Assembly: GCA_043228905.1 (NCBI GenBank)
Contig: JBHGNT010000011.1
Span: forward strand, 4,836,001-4,900,000
Direction: 5' to 3'
DNA from: Azolla caroliniana
Lineage: Eukaryota > Plantae > Polypodiophyta
DNA length: 64,000 bases
Positions 51,325 through 63,017 of the stretch are shown piece after piece (position 1 is the first letter of the stretch; each line of letters begins with the position of its first letter). The position numbers were made by a program, and so were the translations under genes. The notes below the pieces were generated by a model. The model searched no databases and was not told the DNA's origin. It worked only from the letters and a program-made list of their open reading frames with translations.

Positions 51325-52540
51325 TGAAAAGAATTGTGTGCGGAAGCTTGTATATGAAACCAGCCTCACCGAATAGCAACATAGAATATACACAGGTTTA
51401 ATGGAAAGCTTAATCACATAGAGAGAGTGTATGTGGGAGAGAGACAAAGAGAGAAGAACAACTTAAACTCAATTTTATATTATACCCTGTACATACAATA
51501 TGCTCAGTGAGCACTTTTATACAAGTCCTTAAGAGGACTAACAGAAGTACTAAAATGTACTTGAATGCTCATACGAGCAACTCACACTAACTCCAAGAAA
51601 TATGCCTACATACTAGGCTAAGATCGTGGGCCTCTAATGGTCTACTAGTTTACAATCCGATCCGTGGGCGTCTAATGGCCTACCAGTTTACATACTCGGC
51701 TAAGATTGTGGGCATCTTCTCACCTTGCTCGCGCTCCTAGACTCATCCGGTTTCGCTTCCCACGACCCGTCCAGTTCCACGCCTCTCGACCTTCTCAGTT
51801 AGCTTGTCTGCTCAACAAGCCCATCTCATCTCTTTCATTGTTGCGACTTCAGTGCTTCTCGAGCCTTCAGTTCCTCTGTGTCAGTGTCGACTTCCGCTGC
51901 CTCCTCGTCCATTTTGTCTTCTATTGATACGGCTCCTCCGAATCGAACTCCTCTTCCGTATCGGCTGCCTCCGATTCATTCCAGCCCTTGTCCCAATTGG
52001 CTATCTCCAATTCTTCTTCAACCTTTAGGACCTTGACCACATCAGACCATGTCTGGGTCTTGGCCTTGTCCTTCTTGACTCTACTGCTGTCACCGCTCGT
52101 TCCGACTCTTTTGGATTTGCCCACTTCTTTCGTTGACTCGTCTTCCTTTTTCCTCTTGTCTCCCCCTATTTCGGTTGTTTCCTTCTCTTCGGTAGGATGT
52201 CCGGTGCCATTATATGTTTTCCCGGTTTTTGTTCTAGTTCTCCCCCTCAAGTGCGGCAAGTTGAGATGGTGTAACCCAAGCATCTCTAAAAATTACTGCA
52301 ACTTGTCCGATCTGAGTGGCTTGGTGAAGATGTCGGCAACCTGCCGATATGTTCGAACATATCAGAGGTCTACTTCACCGCTCATGACCCACTTGCGCAC
52401 AAAGTGATAATGCACTTTTATGTGTTTCATGTGAGCATGGAACATGGGGTTCATGGCCAACCGCATGCTACTCATGTTGTCAAAGTAGATCGGGATTGGA
52501 GTCAATACTTTGATCTAGATGTCTTGCGACAGCTATCGAA
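51325..52540 (-). mobile_element. Copia fragment: partial LTR, 3' extension and RNaseH end
   Basis: LTR similar to 21560/47353; HIKVHYHFVR, ADIFTKPL and LRGR motifs. Confidence 0.8.
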
Positions 52541-54666
52541 GCCATTATACTCGAAATGACCGTAGCGCGTTCTGAGGGAAGTTTTCCATTCATCTCCAGG
52601 TTTGATTCGTACCAAATTGTATGCTCCCCGTTGTCGTGTGGTTTTTCACACACGATATTAAAACTAGTAAAATAAGTATTTAAGATTAGCTTAATGGATT
52701 GATATGGGAAGATAGATATATTCAAGAGCTTCATAACGCATTTTTCTACATATAAAATGGACAACTACATATCAAGTTAGGTGGACCTGAAGTTTGAGAA
52801 GATAAGGAAAATACAATTTTGAAATATCCCACATAGATAAAACTAAAGGAGCCAGCTATATCAGCAGATTGAGAACCAAAATTTTTCATCTATGTGTTAA
52901 GAGCACAAAAGAAATAGTTGGGCTTGGGCCACTTTTGTCTAGAAGGACATATGTGGCTAAGTTGCTCGAACCGGTCGGTGATGGAACTCAAACCGGCCGG
53001 TGATAGTACTGAAAACTGAATGGAGCCGGCAACCGAAAACCGGACGAATCCGACAACTGGCAACCAGGCGGATTCGGCAACTGGAAACCGGACAGAGCCG
53101 GCGATCGGACGGATCTAGCAATCGATGACCAGATGGATTTGACAACCGGAGACCGGGCGGATCCAGCAACCGAAAACCGGACGGAGCCGGCGACCGACAA
53201 CCGGATGGAGCCAACAACTGGATGGAACCGACGATCGAACCGGAATCGGATGACGACAGACCGGAACCGAACTGGACGGAGCCGGTGACCGGACGGATCC
53301 GGCAACCAATGACCGGATGGATTCGGCAATCAGAGACCGGGTGGATCCGGCGACCAGAGACCGGACGAAACTGGGAACCGGATGGAACTCGCGATCGAAC
53401 CGGAACCAGACTAGACAAACCCAGACCGGATGGATCAAAGCATGCACTAAAATTTACGCATTATTGGATCATGCGGTGAATTAAAGTAAAGTAAAGAAAA
53501 CTAAAGTAAAGGCCATGTGGACAGTCGCATGCAATTAAAAGAAAAAGCCATGCAACTAAAAATGGATGCAACTAAAAGTGGGCATGCAAAAGTAACATTG
53601 GAGGCTATGATCAAGGGGGAACTCCATAATATTCCAATTTCTCTCTCCATTTTTATTTTCTTTTCCTTCTTAGCTCCCTTATCTTATCGAAGCCATAACA
53701 CTCAAAATCCCTAATTTTCCCTACGGAAGCCATATCTCTAAAAATCCCTAATTTTTCTTTTCTATTAATCTCAGTAAACCTAAAACTTCTGAATCCCAAT
53801 CTTGGGACATATTGTAATTTCTTTTCCTTTGTTAATGAAAATTATTAAATTTCTTATTTCCGTTAATTGTTAAAAATATAAAAGCACGAATGTGATATCC
53901 TCAAGTCGGAGGCCCCGGGGTCCTGCCTCAAGTTCATGTATCCTCGTCGTATTTTCACGACACTGTAGCTCAATCTTCGAGAAGATCCGCCTAGTTCAGA
54001 GTCGATCCAACAACTTTGGGATGAGAGGCAGTGGGTAGCGGTTGCGAACAATAATCTTGTTTAGACCCCGATAGTCGATCAAAGGCGTAAGGAGCCATCT
54101 TTCTTTCTCACGAACAAAATAGGAGCTCCTGCTAGTGATATTCAGGGTTGAATAAAACCCTTTTCAAGGTTCTCATCGAGATAAGTTCGGAGTGCTTGGA
54201 ATTCTGGTTCCGACAACCCATAAATTGGGCCAAAGGGAGGACTGGGACCTTCTTGCAGATCAATTGAACAGTGGCAGTGTTGATGCTCAGGCAAGTGATC
54301 AACATTCTTTTTCTCAAACACGTCCCTAAAGTGTTCATACTTGGACGATAATGAGCCAGTAGCTGTCCTCATTGGATTGCTCGACTCAGAGGCACTATGC
54401 ATAATTTTCTTTGTTGTGACTAGGATGTGAGCATCCACCCTTGAGCTAATTCCTACTTTAATGGGAGGGTGAACACCTACTATAACATGAGATACTGCTT
54501 GCACCTCCGAGTTGGTTTGGAAGAAAGTAATTGAGTGATTGCGCCAATCAAGAAGTGGATTTTGTGCCTTCAACCAAGACAAACCAAGGATGACCGGATG
54601 TCGTGGCGAAGTGATAACATAAATGTAAAAACGAAGGTCCGGAAGCGTCAGACAAACCGGCTCCAC
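52540..54666 (-). pseudogene. Tcn1-like Gypsy protease/RT fragment split by a solo LTR
   Basis: ILGLSWL, PIYGLS and RNRYPLPLI...FSKIEL|[26 protein letters not shown] read across the insertion. Confidence 0.8.
52632..53962 (+). mobile_element. Solo LTR (~1.33 kb) with TGTCGTG...CACGACA termini and 4-bp TSD
   Basis: Flanks CCGT/CTGT; the right end is the reverse-complement homologue of the 59444 LTR start; internal GC-rich ~21-bp repeats at 52965-53435. Confidence 0.75.
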
Positions 54667-54669
54667 CGG

Positions 54670-54674
54670 ATAGC

Positions 54675-54733
<59 letters not shown>

Positions 54734-55012
54734 ACATAGAGTGTATGCGGGAGAGACAGAGAATGAGCAGAACGTTAAAAATCTATTACAAAACAATAAT
54801 AGTTCTCACTGTATACAACATGCTTCAACAACACTATTTATACAAGTCCTAAGAGCACTAACAGAAGTACAGTGTACTTCAATGCTCACACGAGCGTCTG
54901 ACACTAACTACGACCATGCCTTCCATCTTGGTCCTGTCGGTTGCCTCCATTGCGCATTGACTCACCTCATCCACCACGACCACGGGGCCTATCTTCCTCC
55001 GTGTACAACATC
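54670..55012 (-). mobile_element. Copia LTR fragment with (GA)n and a short gag fragment
   Basis: Shares acaagtcct..actaacagaagtac..gtacttcaatgctca with the other copia LTRs; NKMLYTEEDRPRGRGG. Confidence 0.7.
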
Positions 55013-55880
55013 TTGTTTGGGCTCTTCGACTCATTAGTGACCCCCGCCCTCATGTATGCATCAGTGGTTTGGGCTCCGGGGCTACCATCTTTCTTGTGGA
55101 CGCAATTGGTGATGAAGTTATCATGCCAACTCCGAAGCAAATCGACAGTACCACATGACATTATTAGAGATGAGTTCACTTTACCCCCAATGTTAGTAGA
55201 AGCACTCTTTCAACTTGTAGTTTTTATTCATAGGATACATAGCCAACCACATGATAGGATATCTCATCAAGCTTTTGAGGCATCTCGATCATTATATGAA
55301 TCTAGCTATACTAGCTCATAGTATGGCATGATGGTGAGTAGGCTTCTTGTAAACGGTCTAGACATTAATAACCTACCTCCCCATAGGTACAACCACGCGA
55401 TTGATAACACTTTAATATCTCATGAGGACTGTAATAAAGTAATATCCAAACAAATATGGCATATTTAGTCGAGTTTGGTATAAATGGATCACCCCACTAG
55501 AGCCACTCCCATCTAAAATGTTGTACTATAAGGAACACTTCATGCACTTCTCTAAGTTAGGTTTTATTACATGACCAAAATATCTAGATGCATTCTTACC
55601 AAATGCACTAAGGGTTGCCATTGGACAACTTAGAATATCATTTCACTAACTTGAGATTGAGAATGACCGTACTAATGGAGTCCCTAGAGAGGAAAGGATA
55701 TGTAGATTATGTCACATAGAGATAGAGGATGAGTACCACTTTACATGCAAGTGCCCAACTTACATCAAGATAAGCGCAAAATACTGAGACATATTTGGTC
55801 CCTCTCCTACCCTCCCCAAACTATTAGATACTCTAGATATAAAGAAATTAGGCAGATATACTTAGAGCTAAAACTACAAG
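55013..55880 (+). pseudogene. LINE ORF2 C-terminus with CCHC zinc knuckle
   Basis: LFDSLVTPALMYASVVW; LRI...LEIE...R...PREERICRLC..EIEDEYHF..KCP.Y. Confidence 0.75.
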
Positions 55881-56399
55881 ATGTTGACGATAATGTCTCT
55901 AAAATTCACCAACATGTAACACATGAAGTTTTTCAGGGAGATGGGGAGACAACAAATGTGGACACACCTGCATCATTCGGCCTCTTCCTTGATCCAGTAG
56001 AAAACCAAAGAAGAACCAAACCCCCTTGGATGCCGGATTTCAAAGCAACTCGACATGGTGTAGAAGCAATTAAGAAAATAAGGGAACGTGAACTGCACCG
56101 CCTAGAAGCCATGGTTGGGGTACCTTCTATACTGGGACCATGGATCACACCCACACTGAAACCCTTTGACCTTCTACTTCTTTTCGAGAGGCTTGGATGG
56201 AAATGAAACTAGGCCTAGTACAAAGTCATTTTCTTTATCGAATATGTTACATCATAACACGTTTTGTACAATACTAGAACTCTTTTAGCTTAAGTTCTGT
56301 TTATTTTTATTTATTTATTTTTTGATGATTGGGTAAATACCATGTTTTGTTGTACATGAATTGTCTCATGGGCCAAATTTGGCCTTAGAATGCGGGATT

Positions 56400-56958
56400 T
56401 GGCATATAGGAGTTCACCGATGACTCAGATATCACACTTCTTGTTGAAATATGGGAGCATGATACTCAAAGGATTCAAGGTTTACAAAACTATAATGTAC
56501 ACTCTTTGATATGGAAGAAAAATCCAAGACAAAGAAGAGGACAGGGAGGGGTGGCATGTTTGATTAAGAAGGAAATAGAGAAATATGTGTCAATCATAAA
56601 AAATGATGAACATAAATGCTACATATGGCTCAAAATAGAAACACCTAATGATTTGCCCACTTTTGTAGTTGGATGATACATTCCTCATCAAGATTCTAAC
56701 TTTTATGCTTGTTTGGATCAAGATCAACATTTTGCCAATGTAGAAGATGATATTTCTTATTTCAAATCCAAAGGGGAAGTTATTGTCTTTGGTGACATGA
56801 ATGCTCGTACAAGAAGTTTCCAACTTGATTCACAAGAATCTTTCATGCCATATATCTCAAGGATGCAAGAGGATACGCAAATGTATAGCCGCTCTTCTAG
56901 AAAAAGATCCGGACCAATTTAGGAAGTTACTCCTACAAATGTGCAATAGTGTTGGGTA
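56400..56958 (+). pseudogene. LINE APE endonuclease fragment
   Basis: E.WE, GRGGVACLIK, YIWLKI and VIVFGDMNART motifs. Confidence 0.75.
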
Positions 56959-58551
56959 TGTGAGGAAGAGTGAGAAACACACAAGAGGCACACACAAGAA
57001 GCTCAAACAAAGAAGCACTCACACAAGGAAGACAATGGCTGGAATAGGTCTCTCTATTGATGAATAAATGATACAAAAACTAATAGGAGCTGAAATATAT
57101 ATCCCTAACTACTAAGTACCACCACATATGAGTGACTCATGTATGTGGTAACATGGGGAAAAAACCTCTAGCCAGCACTAGAGTAAAAAGTGCCCATGTA
57201 TAGGGAAAAATGGTTCACATCAAAGCTACTTGAGGAACACGTAAGTGTAACAAACCCCCCTGGAGCGAATGATGTGAACATGTACAAGGAGTGACAGATC
57301 AGCCCCCACAAGGCAATAAGCCTAAAGCTTTGCGAAAAGCTTCAAACTTTTCTCATGGAAGAGCTTTGGTGAATATGTCTGCCACATTATCTTGTGTAGG
57401 CACATATTCCAAATCAATATCTCCTGCATGAAGGCGCTCTCTCACATAGTGATAATGCACCTCAATATGTTTGGTCCGTGCATGAAATACGGGATTCCGT
57501 GCAACAGCCAATGCACTCTGACTATCTATGAAAATACGTGTAGCAACATCAATCTCCATGCAAAGATCCATCAAAAGGCGTCTTAGCCATATACACTCCA
57601 CTGTAGCTGTGAAAACTGCCCTGTACTCAGCTTCACAACTTGATGTCGCCACTGTAGGTTGCTTTTTACTCAACCAAGATATACATGAGTTTCCAAGGAA
57701 AAAGCAATTACCACTAGTGGACACGCGAGTATCATAACAACCAGCCCAATCACTATCTGTAAAAGCATGCAAGCATGGCTGAGTATCTCTACCATAAAAG
57801 AGACCCAAGCTCAAAGTGCCTCTAAGATATCTAAGCACATGTTTCACTGCTTGCCAATGCTTAGTGCCAGGGCTATGCATGAATCAACCCAACTAGGAGA
57901 TTGCATATTGTATATCCGGCCTTGTATTGCATGCATATATAAGACATCCCACAGCTTGTTGATAAAGAGAAGTATCAAATGCATCACTAGAATCCTCAAC
58001 AAAGAACCTAAATCCTGTCTCCACAGGTGTAGAAACTGGCTTGCAATCCTCAAAGTCAAAATGCTAAAGTAGTATTTCAACATAATTTCCTTGATGCATA
58101 ACCATTCCCCCCTCAACAGATACAAACTGGATGCCAAGATAGTAGCTCAAAAGACCAAGATAAGTGACTTCAAAAGTATGTTGCAAATCCGCCATAAGAA
58201 AATCAAGTTTTGCTTCACATGACCCAGTCAAGAGTATGTCATCAACATTAAGAACGAGCACTAGAAGATCAACCCCATCTTTGCGTACATAAAGTGTGCT
58301 TTCAATTGGACTACATGTGAAGCCAAGACCAATCAAGTGCTTATGGATTTTTTCATACCATGCATGTGGACCTTGCTTGAGACGATACAAGGCCTTATGC
58401 AAGCGACAAACCATATTCTCTTTCTCTTTCGTAGAAAATCCAGGAGGTTGCTTCACATAAACCTCTTTCTGCAAATCACCATTTAAGAAAGCTGTTTTTA
58501 TATCCAATTGATGCATTTTCCAACCTCTTTGGGCAGCCAATTCGACCACAG

Positions 58552-60463
58552 TGTTGTGAAGATCCGTCACCAGGCGTGGATCGTGAGGCGGAACCACCGG
58601 GGTTCTGGACCGGAAGGATTTGAAGTCGGTACAAGCTTTAGTGAGGAAGTATTTAAGATAGATTAGGAAAGAGAGAAATTGAGATTAAACGCTTGACATT
58701 AGTTTGAGAGAGATTGATTGAATTTTCTTCTTCTTAATTTCATCACTAAAAGAGCCTAACCCTTCTTCTTTTTCATCCCTTCTTTTATAGATGCTCTCAT
58801 GCATATGATGCATGTGAGGGTACAAGACATGCATAAAATTCATGTTTGCCATTTGGCGCTCATGTATTACATGTGGTGCATGATAACCATGCCACTCATT
58901 TTAGCTCTCATGTATTACATGTGGTGCATGATAACCATGCCACTCATTTTAGCTCTCATGTATGAGAATTTACATGATAGAAATATAAATTCAACTAAAT
59001 GTCATGGCTTAGTGGTAACCTTACTGACTCTTAACTAGGAGGTGCAAGGTTTGAATCCTTACTTGCCCTCCTTGTATATATATATGTGATATATATATTT
59101 ATTTATTTATTTATTAATTTGGTTGCCCGACGCTGGATGCCGCCGGTTTCCATCTGTTTCCATCGGTTGCCGCCTCGTCGGATGCCGGATCACCGGCTCC
59201 CTTCTATATGTATCAAGGAACTTCGTAACATTCCTTCCAACAAATTGACCCTCAAGCTCTATGACACAGTCGACGTCCTTCTCCACGCTCGCATCGTTGT
59301 CTCGAGATCTCATCATTAGTTCAACGATTAGGATCATCGTTTCGAGCTCTCCCGCTTGGTTGCTTGTGGATGCCATCTCCAAGTATTAATCTCAGCTTGA
59401 TCCTTCCTACCGACTCTTTCACGTCGGGTTCACCACTTTATTATGTCGTGAAGATCCGTCCCTAGGCATGGATCGTAAGGCGGAACCCCCGAGGTTCTGG
59501 ACCGGAAGGATTCGAAGTCGGTACAAGCTTTAGTGAGGAAGTATTTAAGATAGATTGGGAAAGAGAGAAATTGAGATTAAACGCTTGACTTTAGATTGAG
59601 AGAGATTGATTGAATTTCCTTCTTCTTAATTTCATCACCAAAAGAGCCTAACCCTTATTCTTTTTCATCCCTTCTTTTATAGATGTTGTCATGCATATGA
59701 TGCATGTGAGGGTACAAGACATGCATAAAATGCATGTTTGCCATTTGGAGCTCATGTATTACATGTGGTGCATGATAACCATGTCACTCATTTTAGCTCT
59801 CATGTATGAGAATTTACATGATAGAAATATAAATTCAACTAAATGTCATGGCTTATTGGTAACCTTACTGACTCTTAATTAGGAGGTGCAAGGTTCGAAT
59901 CCTCACTTTCCCTCCTTTTGTATATATATGTGATATATTTATTTATTTATTTATTTATTTGGTTGTCGGATGCCGGATGCCGTCGGTTTCCATCGGTTGC
60001 CGCCTCGTCGGATGCCAATACCGCTGGATCACCGGCTCCGTCGGATGCCGATCGCCGATTACGGTCCAATTCTGTTTTGGTTGGCCAAAACCCTTACGAG
60101 TGGGCTAGGCCATCTCCACTCTTAGTTCAATTTACCTTGAACTCTCTATGTTCCAGTCATAAACACAAAGATAATAACTTTTGCTCTACCTTATATATGA
60201 TGAGAGCCTTATTTGTCTTGTCTATGTGGGATATCTCACAATTTTCTCTTTTTCTTTCACAACTTCTTACCCACATAAGTTGACACTTAAATGTCCGTTT
60301 CTTATGTAATAAAGTGCATCTTTTTTTAAGATCTTTGTCTTTTGTCCTAAGATATTAAACTTACTTAGAATTAGTATATTCACTATTATTGATTTATATG
60401 ATTGACACTTGATTTCATATGTCTTATGTGATTTTCACACCATTGCCGAAAATCTTCACGACA
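58552..60463 (-). mobile_element. Internally deleted LTR retrotransposon with tRNA-Trp PBS and 4-bp TSD
   Basis: 5' LTR 59444-60463 and partial 3' LTR 58552-~59200. PBS TGGTGAACCCGACGTGAA (59435-59418) is complementary to the plant tRNA-Trp 3' end. Gag start at ~59380; flanks ACAG/ACGG. Confidence 0.85.
59842..59912 (+). promoter_or_regulatory. tRNA-like Pol III promoter module in LTR U3 (also 58998-59068)
   Basis: A-box TGGCTTA(G/T)TGG, stem-loop CTGA-CTCTTAA-TTAG, and B-box GGTTCGAATCC 44 nt downstream; no intact acceptor stem. Confidence 0.65.
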
Positions 60464-60760
60464 ACGGTACGAATGGTAGTCATGCGTGAAGTAGGTGCAA
60501 AAGTTTCCTCATAATCAATGCCATATTGTCGTTTCTTATGTAGTAAAGTGCATCTTTTCAAGATCTTCGTCTTTTGTACTAAGATATTAAACTTACTTAG
60601 AATTAGTATATTCACTATTATTGATTTATATGATTGACACTTGATTTCATATGTCGTATGTGATTTTCACACCATTGTCGAAAATCTTCACGACAACGGT
60701 ACGAATGGTAGTCATGCGTGAAGTAGATGCAAAAGTTTCCTCATAATCAATGTCATATTG
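60297..60760. repeat. ~230-bp tandem duplication spanning the LTR/copia junction
   Basis: gtttcttatgta...aaatcttcacgacaacggtacgaatgg...catattg occurs twice. Confidence 0.9.
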
Positions 60761-62417
60761 TTGTGCATATCCTTTGGCAACCAATCTAGCTTTGTAGCGA
60801 TCAATACTACCATCGGACTTTCGTTTAATCTTGTAAACCCAATTAGTACCAATCACATTCTTTCCTTTGGGCAATTAGTACCATTCTTATGAATGGAATC
60901 CATTTCTGATTGCGTAGCACTCATCCAATGAGAATCATCACATGCATCTTCAAAAGTAAGTGGCTCCTCATTACATGCTATTGCAACAATAGAATAATCC
61001 ACAAAATTACTTGATGCATGGCGAGAGCTTGAGCTTGTTTTACCAAGTAAAGGTGCACTCAATTTGCTATCTCACAAAGTTTGTTTCAACCACCTCGGCA
61101 TAGTTTGTGACCTCTCAATAGCCATACGTTCATTATGTAATACATCTTCAATATGTACATTATGCGTGGGCTGAATTTCAGGCTCATTTTCAGCCACATT
61201 TTGTTGCAAATGTTCAGCCATATTTGGTTGGACATTTCGTGCATTTTCAACACTTATTTGCTGGAAATTTTCATCCCTTTGAAACTCACTTGGCTGGTCT
61301 ACATGTCCATGGTCAAGCGCACCACTTTGGAACAAAGGCATGTGTGTATCAAACACATCTTGTGAGTTAACTATTGGGTGTTTTTGCATTCAAGAAAAGG
61401 GAAAGCTGAATTTTCAGCAAATACCACATTTCGACTCACAATAATTGTGTCCATCAATGGATGATATCCCTTACTTTCAGCACTATAACCAACAAATATG
61501 CATTTCTTTGCCTTGTCATCAAGTTTGTGACGTTGTTGTGATGACACAAGAGCATATGCCAAACAACCAAACACACGCATATGACTAACCATAGGTTTAT
61601 GTCCATTCCAAGCCTCATATGGCGTAATGACTCTCAACGCTTTTGTAGGGCAACGATTCAACACATAATTTGCACACATAACCGCTTCCATCCAAAACTT
61701 GTTAGGAAGATGCTTTCCTTTAACCATACATCGTGCCATCTCTAAGAGTGTTCTATTTTTGCGCTCTGCAACACCATTTTGTTGAGGTGTATATGGCACC
61801 ATACATTGATGTAAAATACCTCTTTCACAAAAAAAAGCATTAAACTCATGTGACATATATTCGCCACCACGATCCGTAGCTAAAAATGATTTGAAGCAAG
61901 AAAAAACTTCATTCTTTGCTTTCATAGGATACACCCATGTATGATGAGTAGCATCATCAATGAAGGTAACAAAATATACATGCTTTCCAAAAGATGGAGT
62001 CTTTACAAGACCACACACATCACTATGAACAAGTTGTAATTTTCTTGTAGTGTGTGTATGACTATATTTTGGAAAAGAAGCACGATGCATTTTTCCAAGA
62101 ATGCAACCTTCACATGCATGTTTTTCAATGGACTCAAGTGTAGGAAACCCAATAACCATATCCTTCTTTTGAAAGTGAAGCAAACTATTGAAGTTCAAGT
62201 GACCAAAATGAGCATGCCAAAGCTCCATTTCAACCATGGAAGAAGTATGGACAGCCAAGGCATTTAGAGAGGCCCTCTTGTATGTATCCAAGCAGTACAA
62301 GCCATTGCATAATGTAGATGACAACACCTCCATCTGTAGCCGAAGGCTCAATTTCTCCTACTCCAATGATAGCATAAGAGGCATTGTTTGCACACACCAC
62401 ATATCCACCTTTGGGTG

Positions 62418-63017
62418 TGTTGAGCGGCCAGCTCAACTGGAGCCGGATCGGCTGAATAAGCCTAAGCCGGCAAGCAACAGAGCCGCTGAGTTGGGGAGAC
62501 GGTTAGCCGGATCCAATCGGTAACCGGAAGCCTAGTATTAGTTTAGACTACTAGGCAATTATAGTCTCGTAGTAACTGTCAGAAGCTCGTGTGAGCATTG
62601 AAGTGCGCAGTACTTCTGTTAGTCCCATGAGGACTTGTATAAATAGTGCTACTAAGCACAGTTGTATATACAAAGTGATTATATTGTTTTTAATATAGCG
62701 TTTACGTTTTGCTCTCTCTGTCTCTCCCGTGTACTCTGTGTATTCTCTACTTTCTCTGTTTCCTAACGCTTCCTCAAGTAATCGTTTACATGGTATCAGA
62801 GCACGAGGGTTGAGAACCTCTTCAGCCGACAAACGCTTCAAAGCAAACCCTAACAGGTCATAAGAACAACAGACAGAGAAGTGATGGACAGAGGGATGGC
62901 TAGCTCGCTCCCTGTGGAGAAACTCGACAGATCCAACTATGCATCTTGGTCGTATAAGATGCACTAGTACCTGCTTGGGCATGGCTACTAGAGTTTCGTC
63001 GAAGGAGCCAACGAAAC
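62418..63017 (+). mobile_element. Copia 5' end: LTR 62418-62790, tRNA-iMet PBS 62791-62802, gag start
   Basis: TG...CA|TGGTATCAGAGC; MASSLPVEKLDRSNYASWSYKMH. Confidence 0.9.

Larger units (their letters stand above)
56959..62417 (-). mobile_element. Second copia lineage (3' LTR 56959-57252, RNaseH, RT, INT), interrupted at 58552-60463 and at 62418
   Basis: FTDSDWAG, ADIFTKAL, MHQLDIKTAFLNG, HSDVCG and TPQQNGVAERKN motifs; PPT adjacent to the LTR; no long 3' extension. Confidence 0.9.

Noticed and set aside
52957-53479. Pro/Arg/Ser-rich repeat proteins
   Set aside because: Open in several frames on both strands because of the GC-rich tandem repeat in a solo LTR.
58998-59068. Functional tRNA-Lys gene
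   Set aside because: Acceptor and D stems do not pair and the module is part of an LTR; kept only as a tRNA-like promoter module.
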